DNA of 64,000 nt from Escherichia phage BYEP01. The stretch lies in the sequence record OR757453.1; one strand, written 5' to 3'. A model generated the notes under the pieces. It was not told where the DNA came from, made no database searches, and worked only from the letters and a program-made list of their open reading frames with translations. Made by a program: the position numbers and the translations under genes. Positions 31,887 through 42,989 of the stretch are shown here, piece after piece (within the stretch, counting starts at the first letter, position 1; the number at the start of each line of letters is the position of its first letter).

Positions 31887-34800
31887 TTATTCAACCCATT
31901 CAAATTTAACAGATTTATTCACTGGGTCAGGAACAATGCGAACATTACCAATTCGTAAGAAATCACGAATAGTAAGATTCCCCATTGTAGCATTATCAGA
32001 TGGTAAAGCACCGATATCAGATGGTTGAGGAGGGTTACCTCCATCAAATACCTGAACAAAACTCGACCAAGAGTTTTTGGTTTTCTGCCATGTACGTGTC
32101 CAACGGGTTGTACGTGCTTCTGGAGTTGTTGGATAAGTAATCCAATCTTGGTAAAGCGAATCAAGTGTGTTACCAAACTGAGTCAGTGTACCAGGAGATT
32201 TAACTTCTTCGCCACGTTCTAAGTATGGAAGCCCAGTCACTTCATTAGTTTTTTCAACCATTTTAAAATAACCCGGGAACTGGTTATAAGTGGCCGAATC
32301 GTTAATATCAATTGACCAGAATCCTACAGTATCAGATGTTGGTGCACGGGTATATAAATCAGATGTTTTATTACCCTGAGAACGAATTCTCGAGTTAACA
32401 GTTAAGCCACCTGAGTTTATAGTAACACCTTTGGCAACGATTAAGCCTTCACCAATCGTTACTTGACCAGATGCATTGTTAATAGCTAAAGGACGTAATC
32501 CATTAAATCCGCCAGTCTGATCACCAGATGTAGTGAGCATAAAATATGTGCTCACGCCATCATTCCTGATAAAGAATCCATAATTACCATTTATTGCTCT
32601 AAAGGCATTTGCTGATTTACTGGTGAATTCGCCATTAGCAGTAACTGAACGACCGAATGTTGCAACGCCATTCACATTCATCAAACCGGAAGCATTAATA
32701 TTTATTGGCATTACAGTACCATTAATGCTAAACGCTATATTCCCGTCTTTATTACGTTGAGAATAAAAGTGATAAGATGTTTCATCACCAACTTCAAATA
32801 CAGTAGAACGTGCTGTATCTGATCCGCCACCAAACTGATTTCCCCAAACTTTGATAGCCATCGTCTGCGCTGGGTTAGTTCCAGTCTGAGGTCCTTTCTC
32901 AAAAATCAGACGAGTTGCCGTTCCAGTATTAGAAATAGTTAATGTACTATTTGCCGAAACTGATCCACCAAACGTAGCAGTACTAAATGATACAAGAGGG
33001 GCACTCAGATTCATTTGTTGGGTTAAGGTTAGTGAACCATTAACCGTCTGTGCAATATCCCTACGAATGAACTGAGATGAATCTAGACCATCCAATAAAT
33101 TTGTATCAGCAGCTTTTGCTTTTAACGGCAAATAATTTGCTAATACACGGTTTAATTCATATGGTGATACCGCATAGCTATTTTTCTCATATGATTCTAA
33201 TGGCTGTGTTGAACCTACCGTATCATTACCAACGAATGTAATTGAACCAGATGAAGTTTTAACAAAACCTCTTATCGCAGTAGTAGCTGCCCAGGTAGGT
33301 TCACTCTGCACAATCCATTTTAAATTTTTTGGAGATACAGCAGTATTTGCTGACGTTCCAGTCACAGTTTCAGACTGAGTTGCAACTTTAATAACACCTT
33401 CTTGTGCTTCAGTAGATTTAGTACCTAAAAGCTTTTTAGGAGTTATTAAAACATTATCTAATTTTCCTGCAGCAGCTTCAACTTGTGTAGCTACGCGAAG
33501 TGTACCACGCTGTGTCTCATTTGCTTCAAGAATATTAAGTGTATAATGGTCCCAGAGAGTTCCTGATTCAACTAATCCAGATAGAGCAACAACAGAAGTA
33601 CGATCAGTACTATTAAATCTGGTTTTAATTTTTAATGGTGTAGAGATACGAGTATCGTCGACGCCTGCGTCGAATTCAACTTGTGTAGCAATTTCAGCTA
33701 TACCGCTTAAACTTTCAGTTGCTTTACGGTCATTTAAAGTTTTAGGAGTGACTGCACGAGTATAATCAGTTCCTGTATTAACTTCACTTTGCGTAGCAAT
33801 TTCAATTAAACCAATTCTTCCATCAGTTGATGTCTTTTTATGTAACGTTTCTGGCGTTACAACAGCATTTGCCCATCCTTGCTGACTTTGTCCAGCAATT
33901 ACTTCACTTTCAACTGCTAAAATTACTGCACCTTGCTGTGTTGGAGTAGCTTTATACTGATCCAAAGCTTTAGGTGAAACAACTAAATTATTAGTGTTTT
34001 TATTATAAACATTCGTACCATTTAATTCACGGCTAGAAGCTGGAGTAGCACCTGCAGTAGATACAAAAGTTACAATACCAGATAATGATTCAGAACCTTG
34101 ACGAGCTTGAAGCTTTTTAGGAGTGATGATTGTAGTATCATCAGTACCTGCGTTAGTTTCTTGCTGCGTCGCAATTTCAGCAACACCTCTGCGAGTTTCT
34201 GTAGCAGTTCTTTCATTCAGCTTTTTAGGAGTAATGATAAGATCATCAGCAAAAGAGAATGTGGTGTTCTGATTCACTTGAGCAGTAGTTGCTATTCTTG
34301 CAATACCTCTACGAGTTTCAGTAGCAGTACGATTAGCTAACGTTTCTGGAGTAATTGCTAATTCTTTTTGTGGAGAATTTTCTAAATCGACATTAGCTTG
34401 AGCTTGTGTAGCTAAAGCAATTACGCCTAATCTCGCTCTAGTAGAATCATTTAAAGAATCAACTCTTTCTACGGTTGGAACGTTTTGCTGTACTACCCAG
34501 TATTTTCCGTCAGAATCTTCTATATAAGCAAGCTCTAAAACTGGAACATAATTAGTTTCACCGTTAAAAACTAATTCTTGAACAGTTACCCATTCAGCTT
34601 CAGGTGGATATTCTGAACGTTTTGGGAATTGCAGCAATTGAACTGAAGAAGCAATTTTATCTTCACCGGCAGCTTTGATTTTAACTGTTTGTCCTTTTCT
34701 CATGTAATTCATGGAAATTTTAACAGTATCACCAACAGAAATATTAGTTGGAAGCTTAAGCTCAATTGTCTGAGCTGTTCCGTTATTCGCACCAAATACC

Positions 34801-35756
34801 ATAACTTCTTCATTTGGACGAATATTTGAATTAGTTGTTATAATACGTAAACGTGCTTTATTATCCCCGTCAAACAATCTCCACAATTTTTCATTATCAT
34901 CAAACATCAAGAAACCGTCAATCGTTGTACGGCCTTCAATGGAATGAGTTCCAACTTCTTGTATTGAAGTCGTTTCATCGTATGTAGTAACAATTGTATG
35001 ATAAAGCGGATTTAGTTTATCTAAATCGACGAAATTAATAATATCGCCATGATTAGCAAATCTTGGAAGTTTAACATTAATTGGTGCAGCAGAAGTAAAT
35101 CTACGCACGATAAAATCGTTGGATTGCGCTTGATAAGTATTCGCTGGTGTTACAACTACAGCTTCTCTACTATAATCAGCAACATACATTTGCCACAGAC
35201 GATTACTAAAAATTAAAACTATCTGCGATTTTGGATGAGTCATTAGTACTGAACGTACTTGCTCGCCTCTAAAGTTTACAATACTTTGCACTGGAGCTAC
35301 AATTAAAACTTGGTTAACTCCAGGTTTTCCTCCAATATCTTGGAGAATGATAGTATCACCATCAATTGGGGTAGATGGCAAAGTAAATGTAATATCATTA
35401 CCAGCTGCAGTGTTAACCGAAATAGCTTCACCAGATTTTAATTGATATGAACCAGATGAAACTGTAATCCAGTTAGCATCAGTACGCAATGCTCTCCAGC
35501 GTCCGCTATTAAAAGCTCCTGCCGGTTTTGGAATATCATTTATAGCAGCCCAAAAGCGGTTATCATAAATGATTACAAAATCTTTTAAATATCCACGAGT
35601 TGGATCATATTGTTGAACTGTGTTTTCTTGAATTAAGTAATCAACGTTAACACCGTCAGTTCCTACGGTACGATCAGCTAAAGCTACGTTGATTATTTTA
35701 TCGCCACCTGCGTCCAGACCATCTTCTGCTCTGAACTTTCTTTTAATCTCGGCCAT
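31887..35756 (-). CDS. 34: long tail fiber proximal subunit gp34
   Basis: 1289 aa, the same length as T4 gp34; internal sequence repeats. Confidence 0.9.
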   Translation of the reverse strand: MAEIKRKFRAEDGLDAGGDKIINVALADRTVGTDGVNVDYLIQENTVQQYDPTRGYLKDFVIIYDNRFWAAINDIPKPAGAFNSGRWRALRTDANWITVSSGSYQLKSGEAISVNTAAGNDITFTLPSTPIDGDTIILQDIGGKPGVNQVLIVAPVQSIVNFRGEQVRSVLMTHPKSQIVLIFSNRLWQMYVADYSREAVVVTPANTYQAQSNDFIVRRFTSAAPINVKLPRFANHGDIINFVDLDKLNPLYHTIVTTYDETTSIQEVGTHSIEGRTTIDGFLMFDDNEKLWRLFDGDNKARLRIITTNSNIRPNEEVMVFGANNGTAQTIELKLPTNISVGDTVKISMNYMRKGQTVKIKAAGEDKIASSVQLLQFPKRSEYPPEAEWVTVQELVFNGETNYVPVLELAYIEDSDGKYWVVQQNVPTVERVDSLNDSTRARLGVIALATQAQANVDLENSPQKELAITPETLANRTATETRRGIARIATTAQVNQNTTFSFADDLIITPKKLNERTATETRRGVAEIATQQETNAGTDDTTIITPKKLQARQGSESLSGIVTFVSTAGATPASSRELNGTNVYNKNTNNLVVSPKALDQYKATPTQQGAVILAVESEVIAGQSQQGWANAVVTPETLHKKTSTDGRIGLIEIATQSEVNTGTDYTRAVTPKTLNDRKATESLSGIAEIATQVEFDAGVDDTRISTPLKIKTRFNSTDRTSVVALSGLVESGTLWDHYTLNILEANETQRGTLRVATQVEAAAGKLDNVLITPKKLLGTKSTEAQEGVIKVATQSETVTGTSANTAVSPKNLKWIVQSEPTWAATTAIRGFVKTSSGSITFVGNDTVGSTQPLESYEKNSYAVSPYELNRVLANYLPLKAKAADTNLLDGLDSSQFIRRDIAQTVNGSLTLTQQMNLSAPLVSFSTATFGGSVSANSTLTISNTGTATRLIFEKGPQTGTNPAQTMAIKVWGNQFGGGSDTARSTVFEVGDETSYHFYSQRNKDGNIAFSINGTVMPININASGLMNVNGVATFGRSVTANGEFTSKSANAFRAINGNYGFFIRNDGVSTYFMLTTSGDQTGGFNGLRPLAINNASGQVTIGEGLIVAKGVTINSGGLTVNSRIRSQGNKTSDLYTRAPTSDTVGFWSIDINDSATYNQFPGYFKMVEKTNEVTGLPYLERGEEVKSPGTLTQFGNTLDSLYQDWITYPTTPEARTTRWTRTWQKTKNSWSSFVQVFDGGNPPQPSDIGALPSDNATMGNLTIRDFLRIGNVRIVPDPVNKSVKFEWVE

Positions 35757-35790
35757 TCTCCCGGGCTCCTATTGTGTTTTCAATAATAAG

Positions 35791-35798
35791 TATTTATA
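35791..35798 (-). promoter_or_regulatory. late promoter TATAAATA upstream of gene 34
   Basis: TATTTATA on plus strand, about 35 nt upstream of the gene 34 start. Confidence 0.55.
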
Positions 35799-35801
35799 CT
35801 T

Positions 35802-35829
35802 GTTTACTTTAAGATTTGGATGGTATAAT
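35802..35829 (+). promoter_or_regulatory. early promoter for rnh
   Basis: GTTTAC ... TATAAT. Confidence 0.6.
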
Positions 35830-35858
35830 AGAAATCTCACTAATTGAACGAGGTTCAT

Positions 35859-36776
35859 ATGGATTTAGAAATGATGCTGGATGAAGATTACAAAGAAGGA
35901 ATCTGCTTAATTGACTTTAGTCAAATTGCGCTTTCAACTGCTCTGGTAAACTTCCCAGATAAAGAAAAAATTAATTTATCAATGGTTCGTCATTTGATAT
36001 TGAACTCAATTAAGTTTAATGTCAAAAAAGCAAAAACTCTTGGATACACTAAGATTGTATTGTGTATTGATAACGCGAAATCTGGATACTGGCGTCGTGA
36101 TTTCGCTTATTATTATAAGAAAAACCGTGGAAAAGCACGAGAAGAATCTACTTGGGACTGGGAAGGTTATTTTGAATCCAGTCATAAAGTTATAGATGAA
36201 TTGAAAGCTTATATGCCATACATTGTTATGGATATTGATAAGTATGAAGCAGATGACCATATTGCCGTGCTTGTTAAAAAGTTCTCCTTAGAAGGACATA
36301 AAATTTTAATCATTTCATCGGATGGTGACTTTACTCAACTTCACAAATATCCAAATGTTAAGCAATGGTCACCGATGCACAAGAAATGGGTTAAAATTAA
36401 AAGCGGTTCTGCTGAAATTGACTGTATGACTAAAATCCTTAAAGGCGACAAAAAGGATAACGTTGCTTCAGTTAAAGTACGATCTGACTTTTGGTTTACC
36501 AGAGTTGAAGGTGAACGAACTCCTTCAATGAAAACCTCTATTGTTGAAGCTATTGCTAATGACCGCGAGCAAGCTAAGGTGCTTCTCACTGAATCTGAAT
36601 ATAATCGATATAAAGAAAATTTAGTTCTAATTGATTTTGATTATATTCCTGATAATATTGCTTCAAACATTGTGAATTACTATAATTCATATAAATTACC
36701 ACCGCGTGGCAAAATTTATTCATATTTTGTAAAAGCGGGTCTTTCTAAATTAACTAATAGCATTAACGAATTTTGA
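35859..36776 (+). CDS. rnh: RNase H (5'-3' exonuclease, FEN family)
   Basis: 305 aa from MDLEMMLDEDYKEG; matches T4 RNase H. Confidence 0.85.
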   Translation: MDLEMMLDEDYKEGICLIDFSQIALSTALVNFPDKEKINLSMVRHLILNSIKFNVKKAKTLGYTKIVLCIDNAKSGYWRRDFAYYYKKNRGKAREESTWDWEGYFESSHKVIDELKAYMPYIVMDIDKYEADDHIAVLVKKFSLEGHKILIISSDGDFTQLHKYPNVKQWSPMHKKWVKIKSGSAEIDCMTKILKGDKKDNVASVKVRSDFWFTRVEGERTPSMKTSIVEAIANDREQAKVLLTESEYNRYKENLVLIDFDYIPDNIASNIVNYYNSYKLPPRGKIYSYFVKAGLSKLTNSINEF

Positions 36777-36784
36777 GGTGAATA

Positions 36785-37054
36785 ATGGCTAAAAAAGAAA
36801 TGGTTGAATTTGATGAAGCTATCCACGGCGAAGATTTAGCTAAATTTATTAAAGAAGCATCTGACCATAAACTGAAAATTTCTGGTTATAATGAATTGAT
36901 TAAAGATATTCGAATTCGTGCCAAAGATGAACTTGGTGTTGATGGCAAGATGTTTAATCGTTTGTTAGCTTTGTATCATAAAGATAACCGTGATGTGTTT
37001 GAAGCTGAAACTGAAGAGGTAGTTGAACTTTATGACACAGTTTTCTCTAAATGA
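36785..37054 (+). CDS. dsbA: double-stranded DNA binding protein DsbA
   Basis: 89 aa. Confidence 0.7.
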   Translation: MAKKEMVEFDEAIHGEDLAKFIKEASDHKLKISGYNELIKDIRIRAKDELGVDGKMFNRLLALYHKDNRDVFEAETEEVVELYDTVFSK

Positions 37055-37370
37055 TATTCGTCCGGTCGATGAGACCGGTCTTTCAGAAAAAGAACTTTCA
37101 ATTAAGAAAGAAAAGGATGAAATAGCAAAACTTCTTGACCGCCAAGAAAATGGATTTATTATTGAAAAAATGGTAGAAGAGTTTGGAATGAGTTATCTTG
37201 AAGCTACAACAGCATTCTTAGAAGAAAATTCTATTCCTGAAACTCAATTTGCTAAATTTATTCCTTCAGGTATAATTGAAAAAATTCAGTCAGAAGCTAT
37301 TGACGAAAATCTTTTACGTCCTTCTGTTGTTCGTTGTGAAAAAACTAATACATTAGATTTTCTACTATGA
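37032..37370 (+). CDS. 33: late transcription co-activator gp33
   Basis: 112 aa from MTQFSLNDIRP. Confidence 0.7.
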   Translation: MTQFSLNDIRPVDETGLSEKELSIKKEKDEIAKLLDRQENGFIIEKMVEEFGMSYLEATTAFLEENSIPETQFAKFIPSGIIEKIQSEAIDENLLRPSVVRCEKTNTLDFLL

Positions 37371-38020
37371 TTAAACTCCGCATGCCTGCTGGTGGTGAAA
37401 GATACATTGATGGTAAATCAGTTTATAAATTATACTTAATGATAAAACAACATATGAATGGAAAGTATGATGTAATTAAGTATAATTGGTGCATGCGGGT
37501 GTCTGATGCCGCTTATCAAAAGCGAAGGGATAAGTATTTTTTCCAGAAGTTATCAGAAAAATATAAATTAAAGGAACTTGCTTTAATCTTTATAAGCAAT
37601 CTTGTTGCTAACCAAGATGCTTGGATTGGTGACATCTCTGACGCTGATGCACTTGTGTTTTATCGTGAATATATCGGACGCTTAAAGCAAATTAAATTTA
37701 AGTTTGAAGAAGATATTCGCAACATTTATTATTTTAGTAAAAAAGTTGAAGTTTCTGCTTTTAAAGAAATTTTTGAATATAATCCAAAAGTTCAATCAAG
37801 TTATATTTTTAAACTACTTCAATCGAATATAATTTCGTTTGAGACGTTTATCTTGCTTGATTCGTTTTTAAATATAATTGATAAACATGATGAACAGACT
37901 GATAATTTAGTCTGGAATAATTATTCTATAAAGTTAAAAGCTTATAGAAAAATTTTAAATATTGATTCACAGAAAGCTAAAAGTGTTTTTATTGAAACTG
38001 TGAAATCTTGTAAGTACTAA
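37367..38020 (+). CDS. 59: helicase loader gp59
   Basis: 217 aa. Confidence 0.8.
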   Translation: MIKLRMPAGGERYIDGKSVYKLYLMIKQHMNGKYDVIKYNWCMRVSDAAYQKRRDKYFFQKLSEKYKLKELALIFISNLVANQDAWIGDISDADALVFYREYIGRLKQIKFKFEEDIRNIYYFSKKVEVSAFKEIFEYNPKVQSSYIFKLLQSNIISFETFILLDSFLNIIDKHDEQTDNLVWNNYSIKLKAYRKILNIDSQKAKSVFIETVKSCKY

Positions 38021-38119
38021 TTGCTTATTATAAATAGATTATAATTATCTCACTGACCAGCTATGAGGTCATACATCGTCATAGCACCAACTGTTAATTA
38101 AATTAAAAAGGAAATAAAA
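38009..38119 (+). promoter_or_regulatory. gene 32 control region: MotA-box middle promoter, late promoter, translational operator pseudoknot and A/U-rich tract
   Basis: AATTGCTT box; TATAAATA at 38018; pseudoknot TGACCAGCTATGAGGTCATACATCGTCATAGCA; TTAATTAAATTAAAAAGG before the ATG. Confidence 0.8.
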
Positions 38120-39265
38120 ATGTTTAAACGTAAATCTACTGCTGAACTCGCTGCACAAATGGCTAAACTGGCTGGAAATAAAGGTGGTTTTTCTTCTGAA
38201 GATAAAGGCGAGTGGAAACTGAAACTCGATAATGCGGGTAACGGTCAAGCAGTAATTCGTTTTCTTCCGTCTAAAAATGATGAACAAGCACCATTCGCAC
38301 TTCTTGTAAATCACGGTTTCAAGAAAAATGGTAAATGGTATATTGAAACATGCTCATCTACCTACGGTGATTACGATTCTTGCCCAGTATGTCAGTACAT
38401 CAGTAAAAATGATTTGTATAACACTGACAATAAAGAGTACGGTCTTGTTAAACGTAAAACTTCTTACTGGGCTAACATTCTTGTAGTAAAAGACCCAGCT
38501 GCTCCAGAAAATGAAGGTAAAGTATTTAAATACCGTTTCGGTAAGAAAATCTGGGATAAAATCAATGCAATGATTGCAGTTGATGTTGAAATGGGTGAAA
38601 CTCCGGTTGATGTAACTTGTCCGTGGGAAGGTGCTAACTTTGTACTGAAAGTTAAACAGGTTTCTGGATTTAGTAACTACGATGAATCTAAATTCCTGAA
38701 TCAATCTGCGATTCCAAACATTGACGATAAATCTTTCCAGAAAGAACTGTTCGAACAAATGGTTGACCTTTCTGAAATGACTTCTAAAGATAAATTCAAA
38801 TCATTTGAAGAACTGAGCACTAAATTCGGTCAAGTCATGGGAACTGCTGTGATGGGCGGTGCCGCTGCAACTGCTGCTAAGAAAGCTGATAAAGTTGCTG
38901 ATGATTTGGATGCATTCAATGTTGATGACTTCAAAACAAAAACTGAAGATGATTTTATGAGCTCAAGCTCTGGCAGTTCATCTAGTGCTGATGACACGGA
39001 CCTGGCAATACTGCTGATAGTTAAAGAGGAAAATAATATGGCTAAAGTTGATATTGACATCGTTGATTTTGAATATATTGAAGAAATTATTCGTAATCGT
39101 TATCCTGAACTTAGTATCACAAGCGTGCAAGATTCTAAGTTTTGGAGTATTCAAATCGTTATTGAAGGTCCTCTTGAAGACCTCACCCGTTTTATGGCTA
39201 ATGAATATTGTGATGGCATGGATTCTGAAGACGCAGAATTTTACATGGGACTGATTGAACAATAA
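38120..39265 (+). CDS. 32: ssDNA-binding protein gp32; ORF has no stop at the expected end and continues in frame into the next ORF
   Basis: first 295 aa match T4 gp32; after SSADDTDL the frame reads [11 protein letters not shown] and continues through an RBS and ATG at 39038. Confidence 0.8.
   Translation: MFKRKSTAELAAQMAKLAGNKGGFSSEDKGEWKLKLDNAGNGQAVIRFLPSKNDEQAPFALLVNHGFKKNGKWYIETCSSTYGDYDSCPVCQYISKNDLYNTDNKEYGLVKRKTSYWANILVVKDPAAPENEGKVFKYRFGKKIWDKINAMIAVDVEMGETPVDVTCPWEGANFVLKVKQVSGFSNYDESKFLNQSAIPNIDDKSFQKELFEQMVDLSEMTSKDKFKSFEELSTKFGQVMGTAVMGGAAATAAKKADKVADDLDAFNVDDFKTKTEDDFMSSSSGSSSSADDTDLAILLIVKEENNMAKVDIDIVDFEYIEEIIRNRYPELSITSVQDSKFWSIQIVIEGPLEDLTRFMANEYCDGMDSEDAEFYMGLIEQ
39038..39265 (+). 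CDS. hypothetical acidic protein (frd.3 position), in frame with gene 32
   Basis: 75 aa from ATG preceded by AAAGAGGAAAAT. Confidence 0.45.
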   Translation: MAKVDIDIVDFEYIEEIIRNRYPELSITSVQDSKFWSIQIVIEGPLEDLTRFMANEYCDGMDSEDAEFYMGLIEQ

Positions 39266-39310
39266 TTATCAAGGGGCTATTAAGCCCCTATTAAAATGAG
39301 GAAAATCAAA

Positions 39311-39697
39311 ATGGAAATCGGCAAAAAATATGAGTTAAATCCACACCGTATTAAATCTTTCATTGATATTAGTTCATCAAATGCTAGTATGGTCGGCATC
39401 ATTCAAGAAAATGGTGGTTGGTTTGAAGTTAAATCAATATCAAGTTTAGATGGCTTTGATTATGTAACCGAAATCATTTGTGCTAACGGTGAAATCTATA
39501 ATGATGATGGTATGGGTGATGATTATTTTGAACTTAGTGAAGAAGAGTTTTATTGTTTCCGCGAATATAAAGAACCGACTTCTGAAGAGGATGAAGTTAA
39601 AGACAAGGTTTCTGGCGTAACAAAAATTCACTGCATTGTTGACGAAAACAATGTAGATGAAATCATTGAACTTTTGCGAAAAACTTTTAAGGCCTAA
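39311..39697 (+). CDS. hypothetical protein
   Basis: 128 aa from ATG after GAGGAAAATCAAA. Confidence 0.4.
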   Translation: MEIGKKYELNPHRIKSFIDISSSNASMVGIIQENGGWFEVKSISSLDGFDYVTEIICANGEIYNDDGMGDDYFELSEEEFYCFREYKEPTSEEDEVKDKVSGVTKIHCIVDENNVDEIIELLRKTFKA

Positions 39698-39698
39698 T

Positions 39699-39959
39699 AT
39701 GACTAAAGATGATTTCCTGGATGCGGTAGAAAAAGCTAGTGAGAAATTTGAAGTGATGGGTGTACGGGTCCATAAAGACAGAAATTACGGGCTCGATATT
39801 CAAACGTATTCGTTATGGCTTGTGGGTGAACACAGTCTTGTAACCAGTTTAGTTATGGGTGTCGATACCTATCCTCTATTGGTTAAGTTCAGAAGTATGG
39901 AAAAGGCTACTAAAGAAATGATTAAGCTTGGTAAGTGGCTCGATAAAATTCAAAAATAA
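39699..39959 (+). CDS. hypothetical protein
   Basis: 86 aa ORF. Confidence 0.35.
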   Translation: MTKDDFLDAVEKASEKFEVMGVRVHKDRNYGLDIQTYSLWLVGEHSLVTSLVMGVDTYPLLVKFRSMEKATKEMIKLGKWLDKIQK

Positions 39960-39961
39960 TT

Positions 39962-39991
39962 GTTTACAACAGGCTATGGTAGTGATACTAT
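39962..39991 (+). promoter_or_regulatory. early promoter with inverted repeat around -10
   Basis: GTTTAC; AGGCTAT / ATAGCCT arms. Confidence 0.5.
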
Positions 39992-40016
39992 AGCCTTATC
40001 AACTAAGGAGAATAAA

Positions 40017-40259
40017 ATGAGATTACAACGTCAGAGCATTAAAGATTCAGAAGTTAGAGGTAAATGGTATTTTAATATCATCGGTAAAGATTCTGAACTT
40101 GTTGAAAAAGCTGAACATCTTTTACGTGGTATGGGATGGGAAGATGAATGTGATGGATGCCCTCTTTATGAGGATGGAGAAAGCGCAGGATTCTGGATTT
40201 ACCATTCTGACGTTGAACAGTTTAAAGCTGATTGGAAAATTGTGAAAAGGTCTGTTTAA
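40017..40259 (+). CDS. hypothetical protein
   Basis: 80 aa with AAGGAGAATAAA RBS. Confidence 0.4.
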   Translation: MRLQRQSIKDSEVRGKWYFNIIGKDSELVEKAEHLLRGMGWEDECDGCPLYEDGESAGFWIYHSDVEQFKADWKIVKRSV

Positions 40260-40269
40260 GGAAAATAAT

Positions 40270-41298
<1,029 letters not shown>

Positions 41299-41299
<1 letters not shown>

Positions 41300-41847
41300 T
41301 GAAACAATACCAATTTTTAATTAAAGATATCCTGGAAAATGGCTATGAAACTGATGATCGAACAGGCACAGGAACAATTGCTCTGTTCGGTACTAAATTA
41401 CGCTGGGATTTAACTAAAGGTTTTCCTGCAGTAACGACTAAGAAGCTCGCCTGGAAAGCTTGTATTGCTGAGCTCCTTTGGTTTTTATCAGGAAGTACTA
41501 ACGTAAATGATTTACGATTAATTCAGCATAATTCATTAATTCAAGGTAAAACAGTCTGGGATGAAAATTACGAAAACCAAGCAAAAGATTTAGGATATCA
41601 TAGTGGTGAACTTGGTCCAATTTATGGAAAACAATGGCGTGATTTTGGTGGTGTAGATCAAATTGTAGAAGTTATTGATCGTATTAAAAAACTACCAAAT
41701 GATAGGCGTCAAATCGTTTCAGCATGGAATCCAGCTGAACTTAAATATATGGCATTACCGCCCTGTCATATGTTCTATCAGTTTAATGTGCGTAATGGTT
41801 ATCTTGACCTTCAGTGGTATCAACGATCAGTAGATGTTTTCTTGGGT
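41299..41847 (+). CDS. td: thymidylate synthase, exon 1
   Basis: 183 codons ending FLG at the group I 5' splice site. Confidence 0.9.
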
Positions 41848-42110
41848 TAATTGAGGCCTGAGTATAAGGTGACTTATACTTGTAATCTATCTAAACGGGG
41901 GACCTCTCTAGTAGACAATCCCGTGCTAAATGTGTAGGACTTTGGTTCTACCTAAATGCCTAACGACTATCCCTTTAGGGAGTAGGGTCAAGTGACTCGA
42001 AACGATAGACATCTTGCTTCATCAAGATGGAGATATAGTCTGATCTGTATGGTGACATGCAGCTGGATATAATTCCGGGATAAGATTAACGACCTTATCT
42101 GAACATAATG
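41848..42110 (+). ncRNA. group I self-splicing intron in td, compact, no endonuclease ORF
   Basis: starts TAATTGAGGCCTGAGTATAAGG, contains GGGTCAAGTGACTCGAAACGATAGACA core, ends ACATAATG; 263 nt. Confidence 0.85.
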
Positions 42111-42422
42111 CTTCCATTTAATATTGCATCATATGCTGCATTAGTTCATATTGTAGCTAAGATGTGTAATCTTATTCCAGGAGATTTGATATTTTCTGGC
42201 GGTAATACTCATATCTATATGAATCACGTAGAACAATGTAAAGAAATTTTGCGTCGTGAACCTAAAGAGCTTTGTGAACTGGTAATAGGCGGATTGCCTT
42301 ATAAATTCCGCTATCTTTCTACTAAAGAACAATTGGAATATGTTCTTAAACTCAGGCCTAAAGATTTCGTTCTTAAAGGTTACGAATCACACCCTCCTAT
42401 TAAAGGAAAAATGGCGGTGTAA
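42111..42422 (+). CDS. td: thymidylate synthase, exon 2
   Basis: in frame after splicing: ...FLG|LPFNIASYAALV... Confidence 0.9.
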   Translation, partial: LPFNIASYAALVHIVAKMCNLIPGDLIFSGGNTHIYMNHVEQCKEILRREPKELCELVIGGLPYKFRYLSTKEQLEYVLKLRPKDFVLKGYESHPPIKGKMAV

Positions 42423-42445
42423 TTAATTATTAATTGTGAGGATAT

Positions 42446-42709
42446 ATGATTTTACGATTTAAGGATACTTCTGGCGTCGTTCTTTTTACACTTCCTAATC
42501 CAAGTGAGTTAGAAGTTCCAGGACCAGAACAGCCTATTATTATTTATGGCAAAAAATATTATACTCATAAAATGACTCGTGAGTATTTTGATAATAAAAT
42601 TTCCACAGTTAAAACTTCTTCTGATTGTTATTATGATATTACTGTTTTAACGGAAAAACAATATGACGAACTATTACCGCGCGGGCCGTCTATGCCGGGT
42701 AGTGAATAA
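42446..42709 (+). CDS. hypothetical protein (nrdA.2 position)
   Basis: 87 aa ORF. Confidence 0.4.
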   Translation: MILRFKDTSGVVLFTLPNPSELEVPGPEQPIIIYGKKYYTHKMTREYFDNKISTVKTSSDCYYDITVLTEKQYDELLPRGPSMPGSE

Positions 42710-42989
42710 ATATAAATCCGACTTTGATGTTAATATTCACCGTGGTACATTTTGGGGAAATTACGTCGGTAAAGATGCTGGCAGCCGGGAGGCTGCCATT
42801 GAATTATTCAAAAAAGATTTTATACGTCGAATTAAATCCGGAGAAATAACTAAAGCACATTTAGAGCCTTTACGTGGAATGAGGCTAGGATGCACATGTA
42901 AACCAAAGCCGTGTCATGGTGATATAATAGCTCATATAGTTAACCGATTGTTTAAAGACGATTTTCAAGTTGAGGACTTATGCAATTAA
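42663..42989 (+). CDS. hypothetical protein, possibly DUF4326-like (nrdA.1 position)
   Basis: 108 aa; C-terminal [12 protein letters not shown] motif. Confidence 0.4.
   Translation: MTNYYRAGRLCRVVNKYKSDFDVNIHRGTFWGNYVGKDAGSREAAIELFKKDFIRRIKSGEITKAHLEPLRGMRLGCTCKPKPCHGDIIAHIVNRLFKDDFQVEDLCN

Noticed and set aside
38354-38758. 134-aa minus-strand ORF inside gene 32, plus other antisense ORFs at 11582..11992 and 49088..49516
   Set aside because: Antisense to confidently identified genes (32, 39, 63); typical spurious ORFs.
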